Positions 9,875 to 19,293 of a DNA stretch of 64,000 nt are shown one piece after another. The notes below the pieces were generated by a model. That model made no database searches. It was not told the origin of the DNA and saw only the letters and a program-made list of their open reading frames with translations. Position 1 is the stretch's first letter. Every line of letters starts with the position of its first letter. Both the position numbers and the translations under genes were made by a program. This DNA comes from Andalucia godoyi And28 (lineage: Eukaryota > Protista > Jakobida), in contig VRVR01000056.1 of assembly GCA_009859145.1 (NCBI GenBank), positions 62,085 through 126,084 on the forward strand. The letters are read 5' to 3'.

Positions 9875-10067
9875 TCGTACTGGACGCATCCGCAAATAAT
9901 ATCTCGTTTTCTAAATGTCCCAACTTGCTCTCCGAGACATATGGTCTGTGGGCTATGTGGCATTATGCGCGGGCGGCAAGGAGGAAAAACAAAGTGTTTC
10001 CGATGCCCGGTATGTCCGGCCTCGTCTGGATCGAGACTGGAATGGTGCACACAATATCAGTTTTTGA
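9875..10067 (+). pseudogene. Degenerate C-terminal fragment of a Fanzor/TnpB (IS607/IS200-IS605-type) RNA-guided nuclease
   Basis: Three-frame mosaic: YWTH (9878-9889), LLSETY (9925-9942), CGLCG (9947-9961), GGKTKCFRCPVC (to 10015), then after a 1-nt frameshift LDRDWNGAHNI (10026-10058). Motif order matches the TnpB/Fanzor zinc finger plus RuvC-III. Confidence 0.75.
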
Positions 10068-10975
10068 ACAACGCTCCGGCGTATTGGTGCCCACCGCCTT
10101 CTGAACTGAATTCACGTTCGTCCCGATGCAAGACTGACCATGGACGATCAGCAATGATTCGCTGTCCTCAGTGTTCAATGTAGGCGTGGTGACGCCGGGG
10201 GAACGCCTTCTTGAGAGGCCGCTTGTTTGTTTGTTTTCTGTTTTATTTTTGTGCCTGCGATACTTTGATATTCTTGGTTTTCATCGGATTTTATTGGAAA
10301 AAGCAAAAGGGAGCAATGAGGGAACGGCAGATTAATCAGGAATTGGCCATTGCCGTTAAGTGCACAGAGGCACTCGCCGAATATTCTTTGTTTAATTATC
10401 ATGTTTTTTATTTAACAAGACTCTGAAAAAAGCATCGCCAAACGATACATTCAGCAAATGGCGAGCATCATTCGTCCGCATTTGCCCCGCGAACTGCCAA
10501 GATGCTGACAACGCAGTAAGACATGATCCACCGACTCCGTGCACAGGGAACCAAGCAGACGTCGATTCATTCCGACAAACGGGGGATTCGTCGGTAGCGG
10601 AGCAATGTGAGGATCAGCAGCTCGAAGCGGCATAGAAACTGCGAGTCAAGCAGAACACTGCAGCCCATGAATATACCATTCCCCAGAACTCCCGGTGAGG
10701 ATGCTTGGGATCCCATTTAAAAAATTGTGTTCCACTCGTCGTGGGGTTCGTAGGAAGAGAAAAAAAGAGGAGATATGCGGCATGAGTGTCGTGCGCATTC
10801 TGGTGAACGGACCGTAATGGTCTTCCTCACTACCATGAATTTCTCCAACCTTTGCCTGCACACTCAGCAGTGCGATACGTCAAACAAAACAAAAAAAAAA
10901 GATGCAGCATGGGTTGTGCTGGGTCAGAAAGACGAACCCTCGAACAAAAGCTTCCAACCGCCGAAACACAAAGGA

Positions 10976-11245
10976 ATGCGATTCTTCATCAGCCGAGTCG
11001 CAACAGGTTTCAAGGCCGATCGCATCACTGGATGGGACGGACACACTCTGACATCGGTATCTCGCTTGTCGTTCAATCCGGGAAGAGCATATCTGTTGAT
11101 GGACGAGAAATTTCGCGATGCAATCGGAGCACACGGGCAATTCTTCAACCCACGTGAATCAATTGATGCAAAACCCAAACCCCCCTTGGAGCTCAAACGA
11201 CTTGAACTCGGAGATCGGGAAAGGAAAGGGTGGAAAAGAGCCTGA
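10976..11245 (+). CDS. Small hypothetical protein (probably has upstream exons)
   Basis: Protein-like C-terminal part of ORF 10775-11245 (MRFFISRVATGFKADRITGWDGHTLTSVSRL...). No family recognised; 5' structure unresolved. Confidence 0.4.
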   Translation: MRFFISRVATGFKADRITGWDGHTLTSVSRLSFNPGRAYLLMDEKFRDAIGAHGQFFNPRESIDAKPKPPLELKRLELGDRERKGWKRA

Positions 11246-11487
11246 AAGGGAAGAAATCCCAATTGGGTGTCAGCCGCTGACTCATGGCTCATGGCTGTCT
11301 GACCTTCCCTGACTACCTTTTTTTCTTTTCGGTTTTTGATCTGTTTGAACCGTGTGAACTTTGAACCTGTTTGTTTTGATGGCAACATTTTAACTTCTTG
11401 TACGCGTGGCTTTCTTTTTTGCTTGTTTTCTTTGTTGCTCGCTTCATTTTACCGTTCATTCGTAGCTTCTTTTTTAAGGCTTTTACG

Positions 11488-12621
11488 ATGGCTCCGCGAT
11501 GCATCTACACCATTCACGGTACTCGTTTTGAAGTCGATGCAAAGTACGAAGTGAAGAAGGCTGTTGGATTCGGCTCCTACGGCTACGTGTGTTCGGGAAC
11601 GAATGTGGACTCGGGAGAGCGTGTTGCCATCAAGAAGATCCCAAAGGTGTTTAAAGATCTTATAGACGGAAAGCGGATTCTTCGTGAAATCAAGCTGCTT
11701 TCGCATTTCAACCATGAGAACGTGATTTCCATTCGGGACATTATGAAGCCTCGCAGCAAGACACGGTATGAGGATATCTACATTGTGAATGAACTGATGG
11801 ACACTGATCTGCATCAGGTGATCCGCAGCAAGCAAAAACTCTCTGACGAGCATCATCAGTACTTTATTTACCAAGTTCTACGAGGTTTGAAGTACATCCA
11901 CTCGGCGTCTGTTCTCCATCGAGATCTCAAGCCGTCGAACTTGCTTGTGAATGGAAACTGTGACCTGAAGATCTGCGACTTTGGTCTTGCCAGGGCAGTG
12001 GATCCAGAAGACGCCATTAATCTGACGGAGTATGTTGTAACGCGCTGGTATCGCCCTCCCGAGCTGCTTTTGATGTGCCCGACGTATTCCAAGGAGGTCG
12101 ATGTTTGGTCTGTGGGATGCATTCTTGCGGAGCTCATCAATCGTAGGCCAATTTTCCCTGGTAAGGACTACGTGCATCAGCTGCAACTCATCTTTGAGGT
12201 CATTGGGACCCCTGCAGAACACGAATCGCGCCACGTGACAAACCCAGAAGCCATCCGGTATCTAAAGAATCTGAAGCCACGGCCTCCAGTTGATCTGCGG
12301 AAAGTCATCCCCACTGGAACGCCAGAAGCCCTTGATCTCATCAAGAGGATGCTCACGTTTGATCCGAAGAAGAGAATTACGGTTGAAGAAGCATTGGCAC
12401 ATCCGTATCTCGCAGCTCTTCACGACCCGACCGACGAGCCCGTTCACGGACAGCCTTTCAGTTTTGAGTTTGACAAGGCAGACATGACAGAATCGGAATT
12501 GCGAGAAGCTCTCTGGCTTGAAGCGTCGTCGTATCATCCAGAGAATACCTTGGACGAGGATCAGGAAGAACCGGTCGATGTTCCTTCCACCGAGCCCCAA
12601 GCGCCGCCACCATCGCACTAA
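11488..12621 (+). CDS. Mitogen-activated protein kinase (ERK-type, TEY activation loop)
   Basis: GFGSYGYV, VAIKKI, KRILREIKLL, HRDLKPSNLLVN, DFGLAR, LTEYVVTRWYRPPE, HPYLAALHDPTDEP (common docking domain). ATG at 11488. Confidence 0.97.
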   Translation: MAPRCIYTIHGTRFEVDAKYEVKKAVGFGSYGYVCSGTNVDSGERVAIKKIPKVFKDLIDGKRILREIKLLSHFNHENVISIRDIMKPRSKTRYEDIYIVNELMDTDLHQVIRSKQKLSDEHHQYFIYQVLRGLKYIHSASVLHRDLKPSNLLVNGNCDLKICDFGLARAVDPEDAINLTEYVVTRWYRPPELLLMCPTYSKEVDVWSVGCILAELINRRPIFPGKDYVHQLQLIFEVIGTPAEHESRHVTNPEAIRYLKNLKPRPPVDLRKVIPTGTPEALDLIKRMLTFDPKKRITVEEALAHPYLAALHDPTDEPVHGQPFSFEFDKADMTESELREALWLEASSYHPENTLDEDQEEPVDVPSTEPQAPPPSH

Positions 12622-12988
12622 ACTATTCAAATCTTTCTGGTGATTGAATATGATTTCGACTGTTGTGTTCCTGTGTCTGTTCGATTTCATACTATTCGTC
12701 TGTCTCCCATCCCCCCCTTTCTGTTGTATTCTCCTTATCTTCTGTTGTTTTCTATGCTGAGTGTGAGAGTTGTTGGCGGTTGCAATCCAAGGTCTCCTGC
12801 ATTGCGTTTGTGTGTGTAATCTATCTCTCTAGAAAGAAAAAAATTCCGTTGATGTACGTTTTTTTGATGTATGACCGGTGACATGAAACACATTCTCTTC
12901 TTTCCTCCATTTCTTGTCCGTTTACACATTGTTTGCCTATGCTTCTCAGCGAGTTTGAAAACACCCTCTTGCGAATATTACACTGCAG

Positions 12989-13715
12989 CTAGTCTTTGAA
13001 AATCGTTTTCCATAAATAACACATCGAATCGATGATGCGCGGAACGGACCATGCAATTCCCACAGCTGAAAGCAAAAGGAAGACAAATCGAATGGTTCGA
13101 AGCAGCTCCAGATACGGCTGTCGAAGAGACGACAGAGCGGATGTGAGCTCACGAGCTGCGTCAACCCCGAACTGCTTCGCGGCAACTTCTCCAATTCGGG
13201 ACGAGATGGAGATGACAGCACCGTCTCGCAAGCTGGCCTGCACCATATCGTTGACAGATCTGAATATGAACCTCTGAGGCATGTATGGGATGCTCAGACA
13301 GGCATCCACTGAATACAATGCCCTGAATTCGATGGTGCATCCAGGCGCTGCATACGGACTCGATAGAAGAGAACTTTCGTCAGCATATTGCAAATTGCCC
13401 AGAATACATGGGTCAAATGCTGGACAAAGAATAGCTGTCGACAACTGTCAACGCGCCGATTCCATTCTACGGATGGTGGCGAGAGGAGTGTAGAGAGAGA
13501 GAGAGATACGCACCAATGCATAAACGGTCAGCGAAACAAACCCGAGCATTCCGCTGTCTCCGTTTCGCTTCTTCCGTTTTTGCGGTGTGGAATATCAGGT
13601 ACCATGACAGGCGCATGAATTTATGAAAACGGTAAGAGAAGCACTCCCCAAGAAAGTGATCCGAACATGGAAGAGCAGCATAAAAACCTCTGCGAACGGA
13701 TAAACGAAGTCGCAC
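12989..13715 (-). CDS. Partial multi-exon hypothetical membrane protein
   Basis: Phase-consistent GT-AG introns at 13602-13554 (49 nt), 13513-13467 (47 nt) and 13355-13309 (47 nt) join fragments into ...GMLGFVSLTVYALEWNRRVDSCRQLFFVQHLTHVFWAICNMLTKVLFYRVLDACLSIPYMPQRF...FVFLLLSAVGIAWSVPRII...KD*. The 5' end was not resolved. Confidence 0.45.
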
Positions 13716-16096
13716 GACATTGGAAGCTCAAACGTTCTGACATTCAGTCGGCTCGCGGTTGGAGGGGAAACCAGCAATCAAATCACCACCGAAGAGAGAA
13801 GTCATCTTCAACCTGAATCTGGCCCCCGCATACAAGAAATCACACCGGAAATCTCGAAAAATGACCATGGACAAAGCCAGGGTCATGCGAAAGGGAGTCA
13901 GAACAAACGGAAATCTGGAAACCCACAGATCAAGGGAAAAGCAAACAGGAGCTTCATAATCAGCACATCGAAAGAGTGAGATGATGAGCAAAATTCCGAC
14001 AGACACACACCCGCTGTCAAAGGACACATCTGTCACAGCGGAAGCCACTCAAGAATTACCGGGCAACAGCCAAAAGTAAAAAGAGATTTCAATCACATTC
14101 GGGAGTCGGGTTTCTTCCAGGACAACAACAGAGTTTCAAAAAAATAAACAAAAAAAGGGGAAAAAACTAGACAGCAAGAATATTGACGTACCAAGCATAA
14201 AATCAGGCCGTCTTCATAGTTCGGCCGAATTGAGTGCGCATTTGTTTAATTCCGCAATCACCGGCTGAACACGGGTGTTCCGAAAAAAACCACGGTATGA
14301 TCCTGAGCTCGAAAAGAATTTCCGTTGACATTCTGCGTGATAAACAACCAAAGCCAAACAGCAGAGAATAGCGGGAAACGGCGGGGTAGATCAACGCTGA
14401 AAAGAGAAAGGGAGTTAACTAATCTGTGCTGGAAGCCCTAACTGCACCCTCTGGGAAACCCAGATTCCAGAAGGGATGCACAGAATTTCGATAATCAATT
14501 CACAGTTTGGTGAAAAGAGATTGCACAGTTAATCTGGACGGATCATGGCTTGGTCATGGAGGCGACTCAGGCATCTTTCTGTAAGCTCATATAAAGAAAA
14601 ACAAGCGCGCTTGAGAATCGTCGAGAAAGAAAAAAATGGAAACCGGTTCTACAAAAAGGTTTCTCGTTCATAATCATAATCGGGAGCTGGGTTGCACTTC
14701 CGTCCACAGTTAGCAGAAAAGCTGAATTATTCCATATATATTTCACGATTCTGACACAGAATCGCATTGCTGGGAGAACGTTGAGCACAAGCTCACCGAC
14801 AGCTTTTGTATTCTCTGTGCTCTGTCATATTCTGCGAACTCATTACTTGCTGACAGAACGTCACTGGTCATAATGCTTCGCTGTCTACATCTTGTGTTCT
14901 TGGCGTGCTTAGTCAAGGGCGACCTCCTTTCCCCATTTGCTTTTTCAAAATGCAATCACTAACAGCATCCCTTTTTTCATTCTGCTTTTACTGCGACCAT
15001 GCCGATGCACCCCCCACCTCCCCGAAGAAAGACTTGGATACTCAGCCTGCATGTTGGACAGTTGTGCAAGCATACCGAAACAGCTAGTTGTCTGTACCTC
15101 TTTTCCAGTCCTCCCCACAGGCTGCAGGGAGTCGCCTTGGGACGATTGTTGATTTTTTTGTCGGGCTTTCGATTTTGGAAATCTAGCCTGCCGTTGGAAT
15201 TACGAGCCCACCATTCCGCAGGGACTCTGCTGACTGTTTGAAATTGTTAGCTGTTTCTTCGGTTGCGTCGAAGTAGACGGCTTTTCATTTTCAACGGATT
15301 GCACGTTTCAATTCTTCTTTCTCCTTGATTATGTTCTGTTTCTGCCGATTCCTGCATGGTGGTCGGCGCTTCTGCGTTTGTTGTCGGAACAGTTGTCCGA
15401 TGTTTTTCGAGTTTCCGAATGTGTTGTCCCTCGATGTTTTGTAGCTTTGCACAAGAATACATCACGTGTTTCAGCACGTGCGCTATCCCTCTTGTTTTCT
15501 TTCAGTTTTATATTTTACTGTGACTGTTTGTCGAACGGTCTCTCACGATGCTGACTCGCTTCAGTTCTGCATTCTGATCGACATAGTTGGTCGTAGTCGT
15601 TGTTATTGGCAGCTGCCACGAACAAACAGAGGCTGTTCACCATTTGGATGTTTTGGGAGTTCGCTTTAGTCTTCCTCTGGTGCTCGATGCAGTCCAGGAT
15701 AACTTTTGGCTGCAGACTGAGCATTGTTTCTGATGTCTTTTGCAATTTGTTTTGCACATTCTCTTCGTTCCACCCCCGTTTCTGTTGCTGATTTTCCACA
15801 CTTTTTTGTAAGTTTTTTGTGGTTACGTGTGATCTTCTGCAGCCTTTTGTCGTTTTTTCTCATTCATTTCTCGGTCTCTGCAGTTTCGGAACTTCAATCT
15901 TATGAATTACACCTCTTTTCCTTCCTCGTATTCTCTCTTTCCTGGAAACGCCAGATTTGGAAGTTTGAAACGACTGTAGAATAAAAGGAGGCGGCTGGTG
16001 AGCTCGATCTCCTCCTCAGCTCTTTCGACTTTGCTCGCCGTTTCCAATGAACCAAAACTAATAATAATATGTGTGTCTTCAATGTAGCTGTTAATC

Positions 16097-19000
16097 ATGA
16101 CCAGCCGAAAGCCAGCCGAGTACACAGGGACAGCGTTTTCGATAGCGCATGACAGGGAAGTGTTTTTGAGTATATATTCGTTCAAACTGTTCCTGTCAGA
16201 TGTGGTTGTTGTTCCGCTTGCATCGTTGCTCCGCGCCTCTCCGATTGTTTTCGACTTTGGCAAAAGCTCCGACAATCTGATTCATTTTTTCGGAACCTCC
16301 TTTCCCGATTCTTCGTCGCAGATCGGATGTAAGATTACGACGGCATCGTTCGGGCTTGAAATACTGTTCAAGAACGTGGCCGATCTAGCATCCTTTCTCA
16401 ATTCTTTGAAGTCCTGGCGTGTTTTTGAGGCGCAGATCGAAGCTGACTTGGCGCTTTCAAGGTTGAAGTTGCTTTCTGAGAATGCTGATGTTGCAGAGGA
16501 ATCCATTCTTGTTTCAGCTTCTCCCGATTCCCACGCTCTCTCAGCGCGGTCTGTTTACGATATTCGTGGAAAACAGTTGTTCATTCAGGAGAAGGTCAGC
16601 GAAGGTTTCTATGGCGAAGTGTTCAAAGGTGAATTTTGCGGATCAAAGGTTGCGATCAAGAAGTTCAAACTGTCTTCGATTGCTTCTTCTGAAGAAGTAG
16701 CGCGCACAAAAGCATCCGAGATGCTGGAGTCCGCACAGGAAGAGATATCTGTTATGTACTCGCTTCGTCATCCCAATGTAGTCCTGTTTATGGGGGCTTC
16801 ATTCGATTTTTCATTGAACGCAAACAACATGGTTTCGTTTTCTCCTTTGATTGTGATGGAGTTTATGGAGCATGGTTCGTTGTACTCCGTTTTGCATGAC
16901 CGAAACAGACTGACTGATCAGAAGATATCCGAATTTATCCATGATATCTGCGCAGGAATGCAGTATCTGCACTCAAAGTCGATTATCCATTTTGATTTGA
17001 AGCCTCTAAATTTATTGCTGGACAAGAATGACACAGTGAAAATATCTGACTTTGGAGTTTCTGTTGTGCTTCGTGATGTGATGTTGGATGCTGGTGATTC
17101 GTTGTATCAAGACCCAGAACACCGTGTTCGAAAAAAGATTGCTCGGGCTCCACTTTCCACAGTGTTGTATATGCCGTACGAGTCCATTTTTGGCAAGGGG
17201 TGTGTAGATGCCTCCGTTGACGTCTTCTCTTTTGGAATGGTAGTTTATGAAATGTTGTATGTCAACGAGCATCCAGATACCGACTTTTGCATTGACGATA
17301 ATATTGGATACGAGTTGGTGCGTGAGCCTCTGTATGCTGGTCTTGATCCGATGTTTCCACCTTGGTGGCCCGTCCAGCTTCGATCCATTCTGCGGGATTG
17401 CCTGTCAAACAACCCAGATGATCGCCCGGAGTTTAGCGAGCTAATCGATCGATTCAGCCTTTGTTTCAGCATGTTGAAAGATTCTTGTAGTGGATCTCAT
17501 TTCTTTCTTCATCGTCTAGCTTCTCGCTCCATTGCTTCTTTGACAGAGGAGAAAGGAAATGGATTCTTTGTCGAATACGCAGTCTTTAAGCCTTTCGAGT
17601 ATATTAGCCGATTGTTGGAGATTAAGAAGGACATGCATGTTCTCTTTTGGGCATTCTCTTCGGTTGTTAACATCACTGCGTCGTCCTCTTCTCAGTTTTC
17701 GTCCTATAAGGAGGCGCTTCCCACGTCACCTGTGACTCCTTCGCAGCGCTATTCAATTCGACGACAGTCAAGACTAGTGCCGACTGTTGCAGAACAGCAG
17801 TCTCCGACGAATTCCGAGAAGAATACCTCTGGTTTGTCTCTTTTATACAAAAAGTGCCTCGATTGCCTTGCAGATGTGTTGCAATTTGAGTTACCGTCAA
17901 TTTTAACCGTGTTTGATGATTCGAAACGGTGTTTCTTCCTTTCACCTGATTTCGACTGTTCTCCTGATTTCTTGTTCATTTTAACCACGCGTGTCTTGTT
18001 AAACCGACAATTGTTGATGTCATTGAAGGACTTTGATTCGGTCTACCGCTTTATGGACACAATTTTGAAGTTTTTAACTCTGCCCCCGCATTCCATACCC
18101 GTCGATCTTTTAGTCGAGCGGCTTGAATTCTGCGACTGTGTGTTCCAGGCTCTTGGCACTGCATATGCGTCCCATTGCGAGCCGTTTTTACCGTTTCTTT
18201 GCCAGTGTTACGAGTATTCCCAGCGAATGGGAACAAACGATGACAAGTTCCGTCGAGTATCCAATCGGTCGCTGCAGATTCTGTGCGATATTTCAGTTTT
18301 GGACAGCTATTTGGCTTCTGAAATTGAAGACAGAGGTATATTTCCACTCCAACAACGGATGGTATCTCGAAAGGAAGTTGTCCGTCTCTTGGAGTCAGAC
18401 TCCCGTTGCGTTCGCCCGCAAGGCTTCATGTCAATCGCTTCAGAATCGGATCTTTCCTCGTCAAAAAAATCAAGAATTGGCAGGACGATGTCAAAGACGA
18501 TGAAATTGCACCGTGTTCAGTCGCAGCTGGGGACCCTCGTGGTCGGCAGTGATGGTAAGTCTGCACAGAATATTCATTCTTTTGGGCATTTATCAGATAT
18601 CGTGTCTCGAAGCAGACCTTCCAGTGGAATCGTTTCAGACGAAGACATTTTGGAAGTTCTGGGCTATGTTCTCATGCATCGCTCCGATCCTTCGGCTTCT
18701 GCGCTCTCTGAATCCAACGCGATCGCTTCTCAAATCCTGGATGAATCAGTGCACTTGGTCAATGCATGGTTAGATGAAGTTCGCAAAGATGTCGAAATGC
18801 GGATACGATCGATGTCCCCTCTCCTGAGTTATCCGATCCGAGTGGCTCCCCACACCTACGTCGGGTCTGAATGGTTTGCCTCTGATTTTTCTGCCTTGCA
18901 GTCTCTGGGAATACGAATCGTTGTTCATTGCGAGGATCTGTCTCGAGATTTATTCCCAAATGCGTTCAATTACTTCCGCATCCAAAAGATCAAGGAATAT

Positions 19001-19258
19001 CAAAACGCTGCCGATCTAACAACTGACGCCGCGTCGGTCCTCAATCAATTAACCGAATTGGCAAAGGACATCAAGAGCCAGCATCAGCGGAGCAGCCCAA
19101 TATTTTTCGCCTTTCGGAAGTACCCGTGGCTTGCGTGTTTTGCAAGCATGATCTGGAATGACCGGAACTTAGACGAGGCTGCTCTCTCCGAGCTGCGAAA
19201 GTTGGGAGTCGCAAAAGAAGTAGCAGAGGCGTGGCTGAGCAGAACATCTCATACCTGA
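16097..19258 (+). CDS. TKL/Raf-like protein kinase with helical middle region and C-terminal dual-specificity-phosphatase-like (pseudo) domain
   Basis: SEGFYGEVFKG, VAIKK, HPNVVLFMG, IIHFDLKPLNLLL, DFG, DVFSFG. C-terminal PIRVAPHTYVGS...LQSLGIRIVVHC is DSP-like but has no HCxxGxxR. Confidence 0.85.
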   Translation: MTSRKPAEYTGTAFSIAHDREVFLSIYSFKLFLSDVVVVPLASLLRASPIVFDFGKSSDNLIHFFGTSFPDSSSQIGCKITTASFGLEILFKNVADLASFLNSLKSWRVFEAQIEADLALSRLKLLSENADVAEESILVSASPDSHALSARSVYDIRGKQLFIQEKVSEGFYGEVFKGEFCGSKVAIKKFKLSSIASSEEVARTKASEMLESAQEEISVMYSLRHPNVVLFMGASFDFSLNANNMVSFSPLIVMEFMEHGSLYSVLHDRNRLTDQKISEFIHDICAGMQYLHSKSIIHFDLKPLNLLLDKNDTVKISDFGVSVVLRDVMLDAGDSLYQDPEHRVRKKIARAPLSTVLYMPYESIFGKGCVDASVDVFSFGMVVYEMLYVNEHPDTDFCIDDNIGYELVREPLYAGLDPMFPPWWPVQLRSILRDCLSNNPDDRPEFSELIDRFSLCFSMLKDSCSGSHFFLHRLASRSIASLTEEKGNGFFVEYAVFKPFEYISRLLEIKKDMHVLFWAFSSVVNITASSSSQFSSYKEALPTSPVTPSQRYSIRRQSRLVPTVAEQQSPTNSEKNTSGLSLLYKKCLDCLADVLQFELPSILTVFDDSKRCFFLSPDFDCSPDFLFILTTRVLLNRQLLMSLKDFDSVYRFMDTILKFLTLPPHSIPVDLLVERLEFCDCVFQALGTAYASHCEPFLPFLCQCYEYSQRMGTNDDKFRRVSNRSLQILCDISVLDSYLASEIEDRGIFPLQQRMVSRKEVVRLLESDSRCVRPQGFMSIASESDLSSSKKSRIGRTMSKTMKLHRVQSQLGTLVVGSDGKSAQNIHSFGHLSDIVSRSRPSSGIVSDEDILEVLGYVLMHRSDPSASALSESNAIASQILDESVHLVNAWLDEVRKDVEMRIRSMSPLLSYPIRVAPHTYVGSEWFASDFSALQSLGIRIVVHCEDLSRDLFPNAFNYFRIQKIKEYQNAADLTTDAASVLNQLTELAKDIKSQHQRSSPIFFAFRKYPWLACFASMIWNDRNLDEAALSELRKLGVAKEVAEAWLSRTSHT

Positions 19259-19293
19259 TAACAAGTAAAATCGGAACCGCATAGTTGCTGTTT

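Noticed and set aside
9833-10183. 116-aa Cys-rich ORF as a new zinc-finger protein
   Set aside because: It starts at a non-ATG codon, and its CxxC pairs are better explained as the Fanzor/TnpB zinc finger, with RuvC-III in the next frame.
10451-10633. LCTESVDHVLLRC resembling a non-LTR retrotransposon zinc-knuckle (zf-RVT) motif
   Set aside because: The first Cys pair is incomplete and there is no RT or endonuclease remnant nearby; likely chance.
14743-14955. Chain of possible 25-27-nt micro-introns on the minus strand
   Set aside because: GT..AG pairs at this spacing are common by chance, and the joined peptide matches nothing I recognise.
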